NCBI GenBank assembly: GCA_021845575.1
Contig: JAJZVQ010000001.1
Span: 22,172 to 86,171 of the forward strand
From: Candidatus Micrarchaeota archaeon
GTDB taxonomy: Archaea; Micrarchaeota; Micrarchaeia; Micrarchaeales; Micrarchaeaceae
Reading direction: 5' to 3'
DNA: 64,000 bases
Positions within the stretch are counted from its first letter, which is position 1. Each line of letters opens with the position of its first letter. Below, one piece after another: positions 8,857 through 18,260 of the stretch. A model generated the notes under the pieces. It had not been told where the DNA came from. It saw only the letters and a program-made list of their open reading frames with translations, and ran no database searches. The position numbers and the translations under genes are program-made.

Positions 8857-10326
8857 ATGAATATAGAAGAACTTCAAGGATTCGCAAAAAAATCCGGATT
8901 TTTTTGGCCCTCTGCAGAGATATACGGCGGCGTGTCAGGAATGTTTGATTATGGGCATCTTGGCACTCTAATGAAAAAAAAATTTGAAGCGGTCTGGCTA
9001 AATTTTTTTGTTGAAAGAAACCAAAATTACTACCGGATAGAGGGATCCAACATCCTTCCTGAAAAAGTATTAATAGCTTCAGGGCATGCGGAAAGATTTA
9101 ATGATATTATAGTTGGGTGCAGCAATTGCAACACATACCACCGTGCCGATATATTACTGGATGAGTTGGGGATTTTTGTATCAGAAGGTGCGACTGCCGA
9201 AGAAATGGACAAGGCAATAAGGGACAATAATGTCAAATGTCCAAAATGCAAAGGAGAATTAGGAAAGTCGAGAGCCTTCAATATGATGTTAGAAGTCATG
9301 CTCGGTCCCGAAAAAAAAGAAAAAGGATATCTAAGACCGGAAACTGCACAGTCAGTATACCTTAATTTTTTCCGTGAATTCAACATACTGCGGAAAAAGC
9401 TTCCTTTAGGCCTTGCGATAATAGGTAAGGCATATAGGAATGAAATCTCCCCAAGGCAAGGACTTTATAGGATGAGAGAACTTACCCAAGCAGAACTCCA
9501 GATTTTTTTTGATCCTGAGAATTTTGAAATCGGCGAAAATACCGAAATTTTAAATAGGATGCTGAATGTTGTGCTGTATAAAGAAAAGAAGCAAAAAAGG
9601 ATTTCTGGCAGCGAATTGATAAAGGAAGGATTCCCAAAATTCTACGTCTACCATATGTGTCTGATAGATTATTTTTACAAAAAAATCCTATTGGTGCCGG
9701 ACGAAAAAATGCGCTTCTTGGAAAAGGGGGGAAACGAAAAGGCGTTCTATAATAAGGTACATATGGATTTAGAAATCAATGTGGAAAGCTGGAAAGGGTT
9801 TAAGGAAGTGGGAGGATTACATTACAGGGGGGATTACGACCTTACATCGCATTCAAAAGGCTCGATGCAGGATTTGTCAGTGGGCACAGACAAGAAATTT
9901 ATCCCTAATGTGCTTGAATTGAGTTTTGGCGTCGACAGGAATATATGGATGTTGCTGGACTTATTTTCAGTAAATGAAGAAGGCAGAAGCCTTTTAAAGG
10001 TAAGGAATTTCATTGCCCCTTTCAATATTGCAATATTCCCTCTTCAAAAGGATGAAGCCTTAATAAATCTTGCTAAACAGGTGTACTCGTCACTGAAATC
10101 AAAATTTAATGTATATTTTGACGAATCGGGCTCGATAGGCAGAAGGTACGCCAGAATGGATGAGATAGGAACCCCATTTTGCATAACGGTAGATTTTGAT
10201 TCTATAGATGCCAAATCCGAAAACTACATGACCGTAACTATCCGAAGAAGGGATACGAGAAGCCAGGAAAGGGTGCAGATAAGCAAACTGCCGGATATAC
10301 TAAGCGGAGAATTTGAATCTGACTAA
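8857..10326 (+). CDS. glyS: glycine--tRNA ligase (archaeal/eukaryotic alpha2 type)
   Basis: GFFWPSAEIYGGVSGMFDYGHLG, RPETAQ and FRNE-like AYRNEISPR class II motifs. C-terminal anticodon-binding region has DESGSIGRRYARMDEIGTP. Start taken at MNIEEL. Confidence 0.9.
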   Translation: MNIEELQGFAKKSGFFWPSAEIYGGVSGMFDYGHLGTLMKKKFEAVWLNFFVERNQNYYRIEGSNILPEKVLIASGHAERFNDIIVGCSNCNTYHRADILLDELGIFVSEGATAEEMDKAIRDNNVKCPKCKGELGKSRAFNMMLEVMLGPEKKEKGYLRPETAQSVYLNFFREFNILRKKLPLGLAIIGKAYRNEISPRQGLYRMRELTQAELQIFFDPENFEIGENTEILNRMLNVVLYKEKKQKRISGSELIKEGFPKFYVYHMCLIDYFYKKILLVPDEKMRFLEKGGNEKAFYNKVHMDLEINVESWKGFKEVGGLHYRGDYDLTSHSKGSMQDLSVGTDKKFIPNVLELSFGVDRNIWMLLDLFSVNEEGRSLLKVRNFIAPFNIAIFPLQKDEALINLAKQVYSSLKSKFNVYFDESGSIGRRYARMDEIGTPFCITVDFDSIDAKSENYMTVTIRRRDTRSQERVQISKLPDILSGEFESD

Positions 10327-10339
10327 ATATGTAGATAAT

Positions 10340-11209
10340 ATGCGTAGAGGAATGAATTTCGCAAATCTAAATATAAGATTATTCAATCTTAAGCATACAT
10401 TTGAAAGCGCGCAGCCCCTCGCTTTCTATGCGGATTACAATGAAGTTGCCAATTCCTTGACGTATCCTTCTGGAGGGCATGTGATAAATATACGGCGTGT
10501 AAAAGAAAGCGATTCGTTGTTTGTAACAAGTAATAACATGGATTATGCAGTAAAAGAGGTAAGGGAAAGGTTCAGGCTGGATGACAGAATGAATTTTATA
10601 TACAAGCAAATCAACACCGACAATTTCATGGACAGTGCGATTAAAAATTTTCCCGGTCTTAGACTAACCTTAAATGACCCGTGGGAAGCGACACTTGTCT
10701 TCATCCTTTCGCAATTCAACAATGTCAAACGCATACGCAAAACGACAAAGAGCATGATAGAGAAATACGGCGAGCGGATATCCGGCGAATATGACAATAA
10801 AATAAAAGATTTTCCAGAATCAGAAAGGATTGCAGACGCTTCCGAAAAAGACCTCGTCAAATGTGGGGCGGGGTTCAGGGCGAAATATATCAGGGACGCG
10901 GCAGAATTCTGCACATACAACATTAATTTGGAAAGTCTCAAAGGAAAGAAATACGATGAGATAAAAGAAACCCTTCTCGAAATTAAAGGCGTTGGAGATA
11001 AGGTTGCAGATTGCATAGCGCTGATGGGATTTGGAAAATTAGAAGCGTTCCCGATAGACAGATGGGTCAAAAGGACGATGGAGAGGGTTTATTTCAAAGG
11101 AAAAGAAACAAGTATAAAAAAGATTGCGGAATTTGCTTCGGAGCGCTGGGGTGATTATGCGGGATATGCGCAGCAATACATTTTCTGGAATGGAAGGACA
11201 GAGGGATAA
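10340..11209 (+). CDS. ogg: 8-oxoguanine DNA glycosylase/AP lyase (OGG1-like, HhH-GPD)
   Basis: IKGVGDKVADCIALMG supplies the catalytic Lys context and FPIDRWV the Asp. Size is about 290 aa. The track ORF starts with a TTG overlapping the glyS end, so I take the first ATG (10340). Confidence 0.8.
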   Translation: MRRGMNFANLNIRLFNLKHTFESAQPLAFYADYNEVANSLTYPSGGHVINIRRVKESDSLFVTSNNMDYAVKEVRERFRLDDRMNFIYKQINTDNFMDSAIKNFPGLRLTLNDPWEATLVFILSQFNNVKRIRKTTKSMIEKYGERISGEYDNKIKDFPESERIADASEKDLVKCGAGFRAKYIRDAAEFCTYNINLESLKGKKYDEIKETLLEIKGVGDKVADCIALMGFGKLEAFPIDRWVKRTMERVYFKGKETSIKKIAEFASERWGDYAGYAQQYIFWNGRTEG

Positions 11210-11215
11210 ACCGGC

Positions 11216-11818
11216 TCATGTTTCAGACTTATTTTGTATTCTATTTAAAAATTCGGATATCTTTTCATTAAACATTTTCTTATCGTCCAAATAGCACGCA
11301 TGTCTGTTTCCGATGTTTACAAATTCGCTTTTCGCATATTTCATAATGAGCCTTGCGTTGCTTTCAGGAGCGATATTGTCATGTGCACCCCACATAAGCA
11401 GTGTAGGCACATCCTTTATATTTTTCAATTCGTTCTCATAACGCTGAACCCCTACCGCTCCGACAAGGATAATGCCTCCTATCCCATCATTTTTTACCGC
11501 ATATCCCAATACCGCTTCTGCTCCCATTGACGATCCAAGCATTATCACTTTCTGCTGTTTTAGATTCATCGCTTCTATAAAATCAGCGATGAACTCGGAA
11601 AGGCTTGAAAAATTGCCCTTTTCGGAGGAACCCCATCCAGGAAAATCCACAGAAATCGCCCTGAACCCCAAATCCGCAATAGCCTTGATTGTGTCCGTTT
11701 TTTCCCATACCCTTGCGTCGAAGCTAGAGCCGTGGAAAAGCATTACGATATCTCCATTTCCTGTTTCTATATAATGTATCTTTGTGCCTTTGACTTCTAG
11801 AAACTTATCCTGCAGCAT
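11216..11818 (-). CDS. alpha/beta-fold hydrolase
   Basis: HGSS oxyanion motif, GSSMG nucleophile elbow, C-terminal GNRHACYLDD histidine. 200 aa. Confidence 0.7.
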   Translation of the reverse strand: MLQDKFLEVKGTKIHYIETGNGDIVMLFHGSSFDARVWEKTDTIKAIADLGFRAISVDFPGWGSSEKGNFSSLSEFIADFIEAMNLKQQKVIMLGSSMGAEAVLGYAVKNDGIGGIILVGAVGVQRYENELKNIKDVPTLLMWGAHDNIAPESNARLIMKYAKSEFVNIGNRHACYLDDKKMFNEKISEFLNRIQNKSET

Positions 11819-11834
11819 TCAATCCCTTTGCCGG

Positions 11835-12437
11835 CTAGCTGTATGGCGGAACCCACGCTTTAAAGTCACCTATGTGCTGGAATGCCGCTCCAACTCCTAT
11901 GACCATCGAGATCAATGCCGCAAGTATCAGCAATATTACTATCAATATCGCAAATATTCTTTTTGTTTTTTCTTTCGGGTAGATTGCCAGGGGAGACAGC
12001 ATCATCGATGCACCTATCAATCCGTACATGCCAAACGCCATTATGGGCGCGGAAGTCATGCCAAATGCCAATATAACCACAGCATAAACGATAGGTATTA
12101 TCCCGAGGAAAAGCATCGGCGTGATTATGCTCTTTAGATCGACATTGTAGAACAACGCAAAGCCGAGCATTAAGCTTATTATGCCTGCAAACGCCCACGG
12201 GTCGCTTAATACTATATTATAAGAGCTTGGGAGCTGCCATAATATTGTTCCGGCTATGCCGGTTATAAAAGCATAAGCGCCAACCACTATAAAAAACAAT
12301 CCAGTTCCTTTTAACATGTTTTTTGTATTTGGGTCTTTGGACTTAAAAGAGACCAAAGCCACCATGTAAGCCGAAATGATCAAAAGAACCGATAGCAGCA
12401 TCAGCTGGATATCCAATGCATCTACAAACAAAGCCAT
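11835..12437 (-). CDS. polytopic membrane protein (hypothetical)
   Basis: About 6 hydrophobic helices. Start taken at MALFVDALD (ATG 12437) inside track ORF 11835-12488. Confidence 0.5.
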   Translation of the reverse strand: MALFVDALDIQLMLLSVLLIISAYMVALVSFKSKDPNTKNMLKGTGLFFIVVGAYAFITGIAGTILWQLPSSYNIVLSDPWAFAGIISLMLGFALFYNVDLKSIITPMLFLGIIPIVYAVVILAFGMTSAPIMAFGMYGLIGASMMLSPLAIYPKEKTKRIFAILIVILLILAALISMVIGVGAAFQHIGDFKAWVPPYS

Positions 12438-12654
12438 ATCATCACAATTATTCTTTCCATGTAAGGTATATACGCTTTGCGGTGCCATTCAAACATTGCC
12501 GCCAAAGGTTTTTCTTAGTAACGCCTTTCTAAAGAGAGATCTATTTATAAATACAAAATCCAAAAAATAAATAATTTTATAATTGTGGGTTCATAAATGA
12601 AAGCGTGAAATATAACCATTTAAAATAAATAATCTTCCGATGAATATAAATTTA

Positions 12655-12758
12655 GGGCTCGTAGCTCAGCTTGGATAGAGCGGTACCCCCCTAAGGTAAA
12701 GGTCGCGGGTTCAAAATTATTTCCTTTAATGGGAATCATGAAAATCCCGTCGAGCCCG
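12655..12758 (+). tRNA. tRNA-Arg(CCU) with a ~29-nt insertion (intron) inside the T-loop
   Basis: Acceptor GGGCTCG/CGAGCCC, D arm GCTC-AGCTTGGATA-GAGC, anticodon arm GTACC-CCCCTAA-GGTAA, variable AGGTC. T stem GCGGG/CCCGT is separated by TTCAAA + ~29 nt + AT (about 12716-12744). No CCA is encoded. Confidence 0.75.
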
Positions 12759-12769
12759 TGGTGTTTATC

Positions 12770-13831
12770 ATGGAAAAAAACAAACCGAAGCAAAAAAACG
12801 GCAAAGAACCTGTATTCATAGTGAAAGGGACAAGGATGGGCGGCCTTGATTATTTGCATATCGCGCTGATTGCCTTGGTCATAATATTGATAGCCTTTTC
12901 ATTCGAACTTGCGGTATTCAAAAAGGGAGTCATACTCGAAAACTGCCCATACGGAATAATAAATAACAGCACCTGCGCCCCGCAGCCAATCAATTCGTCA
13001 AACGCTTCAAGCTATGCAAACGTGATAGACGCAGCCGGGAAAATTCTGGCGAGCTATTCCAGCGTAAACACCTCCCTTTCCATACTGCCTTATATATCAT
13101 TGATAAATGATTCCAAGGTCTCTTATATGCCAAGCCTGAAAGAGTGGGAGGTTGTAGTCCCATATAAGGATATTCTAGATGAAAATAAAACATTCAATCT
13201 GTCTTTTATACTCTTCAATAATCTTACACTCGACAATTCCTTTATATCAACATTAAAGCCAGCAAAATACACTGGCAACAAAGTCGTTTCTCTTGGAGTT
13301 GTCAGCCTTAGCGGGAAGTACCTATGCAACTATACAACGCCGATACCTGTAGATTTCATGATAGATCCTTACACACCGGGTTTTATTAACTATACATATA
13401 ATGCAATAAACATATCAAAATCGTATGGTGCAAAACTCAATATGAGCTACAATTTCCTTTTTTCAGGGTACTCCACAAGCCTATACAGGAATTATGGAGT
13501 CTCGGCAACGCAGAGATTGGGCGATTACCTTGTATGCGCATCCAAACAGCCAAGATTCAAACAATTCATTTCAAATCTCAGTATAATCTACAACAACAAG
13601 CCGATAGAAAATTCGACTTTATACCAGATGGTTTTGGGTTCAGGGCTCAATACAACTAAATTTAATCAATGCATGACCAATGCGTCTGTGATATTAGACA
13701 ACCAGGCAAGATTCGCCGCATTCTATAACATCACATCCCTCCCGTCTTATGTCATAGACTGCAAATACCAAACGATACCGCAAACAGCCAACTATGCGAT
13801 AAATTATACTTTAAACAAGATAAGCAAGTAG
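12770..13831 (+). CDS. N-terminally anchored extracellular protein, rich in N-x-S/T sequons (hypothetical)
   Basis: Basic N-terminus MEKNKPKQKNGK, then the single TM LDYLHIALIALVIILIAFSF. The remainder is hydrophilic with many NxS/T motifs. The ATG lies 12 nt inside the track ORF, whose 5' end overlaps the tRNA. Confidence 0.5.
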   Translation: MEKNKPKQKNGKEPVFIVKGTRMGGLDYLHIALIALVIILIAFSFELAVFKKGVILENCPYGIINNSTCAPQPINSSNASSYANVIDAAGKILASYSSVNTSLSILPYISLINDSKVSYMPSLKEWEVVVPYKDILDENKTFNLSFILFNNLTLDNSFISTLKPAKYTGNKVVSLGVVSLSGKYLCNYTTPIPVDFMIDPYTPGFINYTYNAINISKSYGAKLNMSYNFLFSGYSTSLYRNYGVSATQRLGDYLVCASKQPRFKQFISNLSIIYNNKPIENSTLYQMVLGSGLNTTKFNQCMTNASVILDNQARFAAFYNITSLPSYVIDCKYQTIPQTANYAINYTLNKISK

Positions 13832-13843
13832 TCTAAAAAGCGG

Positions 13844-13918
13844 GCTCTGATCGTCTAGTCCGGTCAAGGACACAGGCCTCTCACGCCTGTAACTCGGGTT
13901 CAAATCCCGATCAGAGCA
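13844..13918 (+). tRNA. tRNA-Glu(CUC)
   Basis: GCTCTGA acceptor pairs with TCAGAGC. D arm GTCT-AGTCCGGTCAA-GGAC, anticodon arm CAGGC-CTCTCAC-GCCTG, T arm TCGGG-TTCAAAT-CCCGA. Confidence 0.9.
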
Positions 13919-13962
13919 AATCAGCATCGCAAGAGAAAGTACTGCAATTGACACTGCAGAAA

Positions 13963-14787
13963 TTATCTGCACCCCTCAAGAAAATATTTCACCATACGTA
14001 ATTCCTCTGCCGGTGGCATGTCATACCTGCCCGGGGTTTCCATTATCATCGGTTTTGAGAGCAATTTCTTTTCTCTGAAGAATTGCCTGAATCCATCGAG
14101 ACCTATAAAACCAATTCCAAAGTTCTCATGTCTATCCCTATGCGATCCTAAATCGTATAGTGCATCGTTGAGATGGATAACCTTCATCTTATCAAAACCC
14201 AAAATATTTTTTATCTCGTTTGTCGCACTCGCATTGCGGATATCGTATCCTGCCGCAAAGGCATGGCATGTATCAAGGCAAAAACCCTTATTTTTTATAT
14301 TAAGCGAATCCAATATCTCAGCCATATCATGCATATCAGAACCAATGCTATTTTTTTGGCCTGCTTCATTCTCAAGAAGTACCCCTACATCGCATTCAAC
14401 TTCATTTATTGCATTTACCGCATTTTTTATTCCTGCACCCTTCCCTGCACCCATATGGCTTCCGAGGTGTGTTACAAGGTAATCAATGCCAAGCTGATCG
14501 CAAAGCGTGGCCGTTTCCTTAAGGCATCCTATCGATTTTGCGCGCTTGACGGGATCGGACGAAGCGATATTTGGAAGGTACGGCATGTGTGCTATGACTG
14601 GTGTTATGTCATTGCTTTTAGATTTTGTCTTGAATGCAGCCCGCTCCTGGGCGCTTGTTTTTGAAACAGTCCATGATCTGGGATTGCTGATAAAAATTTG
14701 CATCGTATTGCATCCAATATCCGAAGCGCGATCAAATGCCAGATCAATAGCGCCTGCAGTGGAAATATGGTATCCTATCCTTATCAT
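13963..14787 (-). CDS. nfo: endonuclease IV (AP endonuclease, TIM-barrel)
   Basis: MIRIGYHIS.., HMPYLPN, THLGSH, LENEAGQ, CLDTCHAFAAGYD and HLND metal-site motifs. The track ORF's extra 42 N-terminal codons run into tRNA-His, so the start is set at ATG 14787. Confidence 0.85.
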   Translation of the reverse strand: MIRIGYHISTAGAIDLAFDRASDIGCNTMQIFISNPRSWTVSKTSAQERAAFKTKSKSNDITPVIAHMPYLPNIASSDPVKRAKSIGCLKETATLCDQLGIDYLVTHLGSHMGAGKGAGIKNAVNAINEVECDVGVLLENEAGQKNSIGSDMHDMAEILDSLNIKNKGFCLDTCHAFAAGYDIRNASATNEIKNILGFDKMKVIHLNDALYDLGSHRDRHENFGIGFIGLDGFRQFFREKKLLSKPMIMETPGRYDMPPAEELRMVKYFLEGCR

Positions 14788-14874
14788 GCGATCACTCTTT
14801 CGTGTAGATACAGAATCAATAAAAAACGAATCCGCAAAAACAAATGCATAAAGATGATAAATAAAAGGAAAATA

Positions 14875-14947
14875 GGCCTTGACCGGGAATCGGACCCGGA
14901 TCGAAGGATCCACAGTCCTCCGTGCTAGCCACTACACCACCAAGGCC
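14875..14947 (-). tRNA. tRNA-His(GUG) with genome-encoded G-1
   Basis: Reverse complement reads G-GCCTTGG..GAGGA-CTGTGGA-TCCTT..CCGGG-TCCGATT-CCCGG-TCAAGGC-C. The extra 5' G pairs with C73. Confidence 0.9.
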
Positions 14948-15097
14948 ATTTGTTACAAGTATTGATAAATCAAAAATACCGCAATTATGAATAGAACTTC
15001 AAGTATAAAAATATACAGGTTGGATTTTACGAAAACGCGAATCGGTCATCATAAATTTATGATACTTCTTGGTCAAGACCGTGCTGGCTTGCGGTGA

Positions 15098-15421
15098 TTA
15101 GTTTATTTTCACAAACGAATAGAATTTATGCCCTATTTTTGTATATACTACTACGCCGCCTCTTTCAAAAATAACCCCCAAATCATCGGCATTTGCGGAC
15201 GTTTTCAAGGCCAAGGTCATATTCTCCAAGGTCAAATTGTTATTTATATTATAAGATTTTACATATTGCCTGAACAGCGATATTTCTTGAAAGTTATGAT
15301 AATAGGAATAAAGTTGCGTAAAATTATCTGCAAATGAAACCCCTTTTGCCGAATTGTATAACGAAAGGGAAGAGATTATTATTGCGGTTATCACGATTAA
15401 ACCATAAGCCGACATTTTCAC
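15098..15421 (-). CDS. signal-anchored small protein, last gene of the pilus operon (possible minor pilin)
   Basis: MKMSAYGLIVITAIIISSLSL N-terminal helix. Starts 4 nt after the preceding gene. Confidence 0.4.
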   Translation of the reverse strand: MKMSAYGLIVITAIIISSLSLYNSAKGVSFADNFTQLYSYYHNFQEISLFRQYVKSYNINNNLTLENMTLALKTSANADDLGVIFERGGVVVYTKIGHKFYSFVKIN

Positions 15422-15425
15422 CGCC

Positions 15426-15815
15426 TTAACTGCTGCATGTATTTAAGCATGCGATATCGAAGCTGCTGTTTTTTTCTACAGGAATGCAGAATTTGTAGTT
15501 ATATCTGCAACTGGATTCGTTTCCCGAACTACTTGAAAAGCCGTTTGCGGTATAAGAAATATACGCGAGGTTGTACACCCTTTGGAATTTATCCAACAGG
15601 TTGTCGGCGCACGCATAATTCCGACTTAAAAAGCAGCTCTTATACGTCTGGTTATTCTCCAGAATATTGAAGAAATCGTACACCGAATTGAACTGGTTTA
15701 TCTGGTTCGGAATATTCAATGGGTTTGTATAAGCTAAATTCGCGGACAAAAGATTTGACAATGAGAGTATCCCGGCCGCAATTGTTACCTCTATAATTAT
15801 TTCAAATGAAAACAT
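15426..15815 (-). CDS. pilin-like protein (class III signal peptide-like N-terminus)
   Basis: MFSFEIIIEVTIAAGILSL: a very short leader, then Glu at about +5 of the hydrophobic helix. Lies in the operon. Confidence 0.45.
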   Translation of the reverse strand: MFSFEIIIEVTIAAGILSLSNLLSANLAYTNPLNIPNQINQFNSVYDFFNILENNQTYKSCFLSRNYACADNLLDKFQRVYNLAYISYTANGFSSSSGNESSCRYNYKFCIPVEKNSSFDIACLNTCSS

Positions 15816-15824
15816 TGTATTCCC

Positions 15825-17144
15825 TTATTTGATGTATATTGTGGAGCCTTCGGCATACACCGTCGCATTTATGCCGAAAGGATTCATTGACAGGTAGGCG
15901 GTTATATTTCCGTATATAAAATTGGATTCGGGCTTGCAGATCAATTCTTTATTCTGCATAAGATTGCATCCTACCTTGCCTATTTCATTGGGGGCCGAAT
16001 CAAGTGCAGAGATATAATCGTTACTGGAACTTATCGCCTGCTGTATGGACGACAATTCCGAAGCCCCAACACCAGAATTATTGTAATAATTTAGGATTCC
16101 TTTGGCATTATTCAGGTATTGCAGGTATGACTGGAGATAATTTATGCTTATCACATTTCCTCCAAGAACCACAAAATTATTTGACAGCTGCGGCCCATAG
16201 CTTATTATGTCATTATTGTTTGTCGATGCGTTTCCATATACCCGATTGCCATAAAACAGGTCTGAATTGCTCTTGAGCGAAGACATGTTGCTTTCCAGAG
16301 TACGGTTGTTCACTTTCATGCCAAGCGTGATATTGTAGGAATTACTGTAATTGCTGTTTATTCCGTTGGCAGACCCCTCATTCTGCAAATAGAAGCAGTA
16401 TGTCCATGTGTTGGAGATGCCTTCGTCAAAGCACTGGCCTGAAAATATCCTTACCTGCCACACGGCACTGCTGCCGCATTGTTCGTTGATTGGCAGGGGG
16501 CTGTCCCACCAGTTCAGGTAAGTACAGCTTCTTGATTCCGTAATGCTTTGGATTTGCGTAGGGCTTGACATGCCATACAGAAGGGATTCGTTATGCCTTA
16601 TTATAGAAGCGTACACCCTTGTTTGGTTTGCGGCCGTGCCGCTCCTATTACCGCTTGAGGTATCGGGCATTGAAATGGTACTCGCATTCAACACAACGTT
16701 TTTTGATACGGAATCGTTTCCTATCTCCACATAAGCTATTATGTTGTGATTTCCGATGCTTGACGGTATCATTGAGAAATATAGTATATCCGGGTTTGAG
16801 CTGCTTATATTGGTATAACTTGAAGGTATAAAATCAATATTTCGGGATTCCAGCCTGATGCGTTCTATCCGCACGTTTTTGTTTATATAAAACAAAAGGT
16901 ATGCGGGATTGCTTCTGTTTACGTAAGTGACTGTTGGGATATACATGAATCCCTTTACGATTAGCGCGCTTACCGCATTTGTTGTGCTTGACGTGTTGTT
17001 TGCAAATATTGCGGTTATCGCATTGTATGTTGCACTTTTTTGCAACGGAGAACTGGCATATAAGCCAAGAAAAAATACCATGAACGATATTACCGCAACC
17101 GAAATTAGGATAAATTCGATTGTGGCTTGAGATCTTATTTTCAT
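15825..17144 (-). CDS. large pilin-like protein (439 aa; class III signal peptide plus sequon-rich globular part)
   Basis: MKIRSQATIEFILISVAVISFMVFF matches the basic leader / Q-x-x-x-E-[FY] / helix pattern of archaeal type IV pilins. The rest is Asn/Ser-rich with many NxS/T. Confidence 0.55.
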   Translation of the reverse strand: MKIRSQATIEFILISVAVISFMVFFLGLYASSPLQKSATYNAITAIFANNTSSTTNAVSALIVKGFMYIPTVTYVNRSNPAYLLFYINKNVRIERIRLESRNIDFIPSSYTNISSSNPDILYFSMIPSSIGNHNIIAYVEIGNDSVSKNVVLNASTISMPDTSSGNRSGTAANQTRVYASIIRHNESLLYGMSSPTQIQSITESRSCTYLNWWDSPLPINEQCGSSAVWQVRIFSGQCFDEGISNTWTYCFYLQNEGSANGINSNYSNSYNITLGMKVNNRTLESNMSSLKSNSDLFYGNRVYGNASTNNNDIISYGPQLSNNFVVLGGNVISINYLQSYLQYLNNAKGILNYYNNSGVGASELSSIQQAISSSNDYISALDSAPNEIGKVGCNLMQNKELICKPESNFIYGNITAYLSMNPFGINATVYAEGSTIYIK

Positions 17145-17152
17145 AAAAAAAC

Positions 17153-17467
17153 CTATCTTATGTTTAGATAATAAATTTTACCCCTGATTGGAATTATGCG
17201 AAAAGGTGCGGAATTGCCTGAGTTATAAGGGGTTATAGAAATGTTATATAACGCATAAAGGTACGCAGACGAAGAAAAATTCGTGTCATTTGAAACATGC
17301 GCCAGCTTCTGCGCATATTCATTTAAGAAAATCGTTTTATTCGCGCCGTTAAGCATGCCCGACATCGAATTTCTCTGCTGAACAATGAGAAATGCGGAAG
17401 TCGAAACCGACACCGAAATAAGCGTCAATGCAATCATCATATCTATCCCTATAAGCAATAATTTCAT
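17153..17467 (-). CDS. pilin-like protein
   Basis: MKLLLIGIDMMIALTLISVSVS N-terminus (Asp in place of the usual Glu). Lies in the operon. Confidence 0.45.
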   Translation of the reverse strand: MKLLLIGIDMMIALTLISVSVSTSAFLIVQQRNSMSGMLNGANKTIFLNEYAQKLAHVSNDTNFSSSAYLYALYNISITPYNSGNSAPFRIIPIRGKIYYLNIR

Positions 17468-17471
17468 ACTC

Positions 17472-17669
17472 TTACCCGCTTGACGAAACCGTATCGGACA
17501 GATTCATGGACAGCGTATAATTGTACAATGCCTTATAACCTCCCATCTCCGTACTATAAATGCCCGAGCCGTTGGAGTATATTCCGTAATACAGCAGGAT
17601 GGAAGCGGATAAAAGAGACATAAATACTGCCAACTGTATTGTGAGCTCGATTGCGATCTGCATTCTCAT
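17472..17669 (-). CDS. pilin-like protein (class III signal peptide)
   Basis: MRMQIAIELTIQLAVFMSLL. 65 aa. Confidence 0.5.
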   Translation of the reverse strand: MRMQIAIELTIQLAVFMSLLSASILLYYGIYSNGSGIYSTEMGGYKALYNYTLSMNLSDTVSSSG

Positions 17670-17676
17670 ATCATCA

Positions 17677-18024
17677 CTAGCTTAACATGAATGTGTTGTT
17701 GGGCCAGGCCGTCAATTCCAAACGGACGGTTTTGCCTTCATTAGCACACACACTGTTCGATATCTCGATTTTGCCATTCAACCTAAATCCATCAATCTCC
17801 ATCGAGCCGTAATTGCATACCCCTTCAGGGATTCCTGCGGTAAAATTCGATGAACGATAATTCATTGCATTGTTCAGCATTGCTACGAAAGATTCGGCCT
17901 GCACCGCATTTTCCTCTCTGGTAAAGTTGGCATAATATGGAAGAAAAAATGACAAAGAGATCGCTAGAGACGAGATTGAAATGGCAAGGTATATCAGCAG
18001 TTCAAAAGACATTTGGAGTTTCAT
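17677..18024 (-). CDS. pilin-like protein (class III signal peptide)
   Basis: MKLQMSFELLIYLAISISSLA. 115 aa. Confidence 0.55.
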   Translation of the reverse strand: MKLQMSFELLIYLAISISSLAISLSFFLPYYANFTREENAVQAESFVAMLNNAMNYRSSNFTAGIPEGVCNYGSMEIDGFRLNGKIEISNSVCANEGKTVRLELTAWPNNTFMLS

Positions 18025-18030
18025 ACGGCG

Positions 18031-18252
18031 TTACCCTGTTTTATTCGCTGCGCTAAGGTTTTGAAGCTCGCTCGAAAGCCGCGAAGCGACACTCGTATTG
18101 GAATTGTTGAAGAAAGCGTGCAATGCGGTTCCCTTTAACTGGGTCATCATCGCAAATGCTATCACTATCACTATGCTTACTGCAGAAAGCATCATTATAT
18201 ACTCTATCGAGCTTTGCAGTTTCTTTCTGTTTGTTTTTTTCCTATTTCTCAT
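18031..18252 (-). CDS. type IV pilin-like protein (class III signal peptide), candidate major pilin
   Basis: Basic leader MRNRKKTNRKKLQ, then SSIEYIMMLSAVSIVIVIAF (QxSxEY motif). 73 aa, first pilin gene after the platform genes. Confidence 0.65.
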   Translation of the reverse strand: MRNRKKTNRKKLQSSIEYIMMLSAVSIVIVIAFAMMTQLKGTALHAFFNNSNTSVASRLSSELQNLSAANKTG

Positions 18253-18260
18253 TTTACCAC

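Noticed and set aside
12620-12859. 79-codon minus-strand ORF
   Set aside because: It is antisense to tRNA-Arg and to the start of the downstream gene, and has no coding features.
14788-14913. N-terminal 42-codon extension of the endonuclease IV ORF
   Set aside because: It runs through tRNA-His on the same strand. The conserved Nfo N-terminus (MIRIGYH) begins at the internal ATG 14787.
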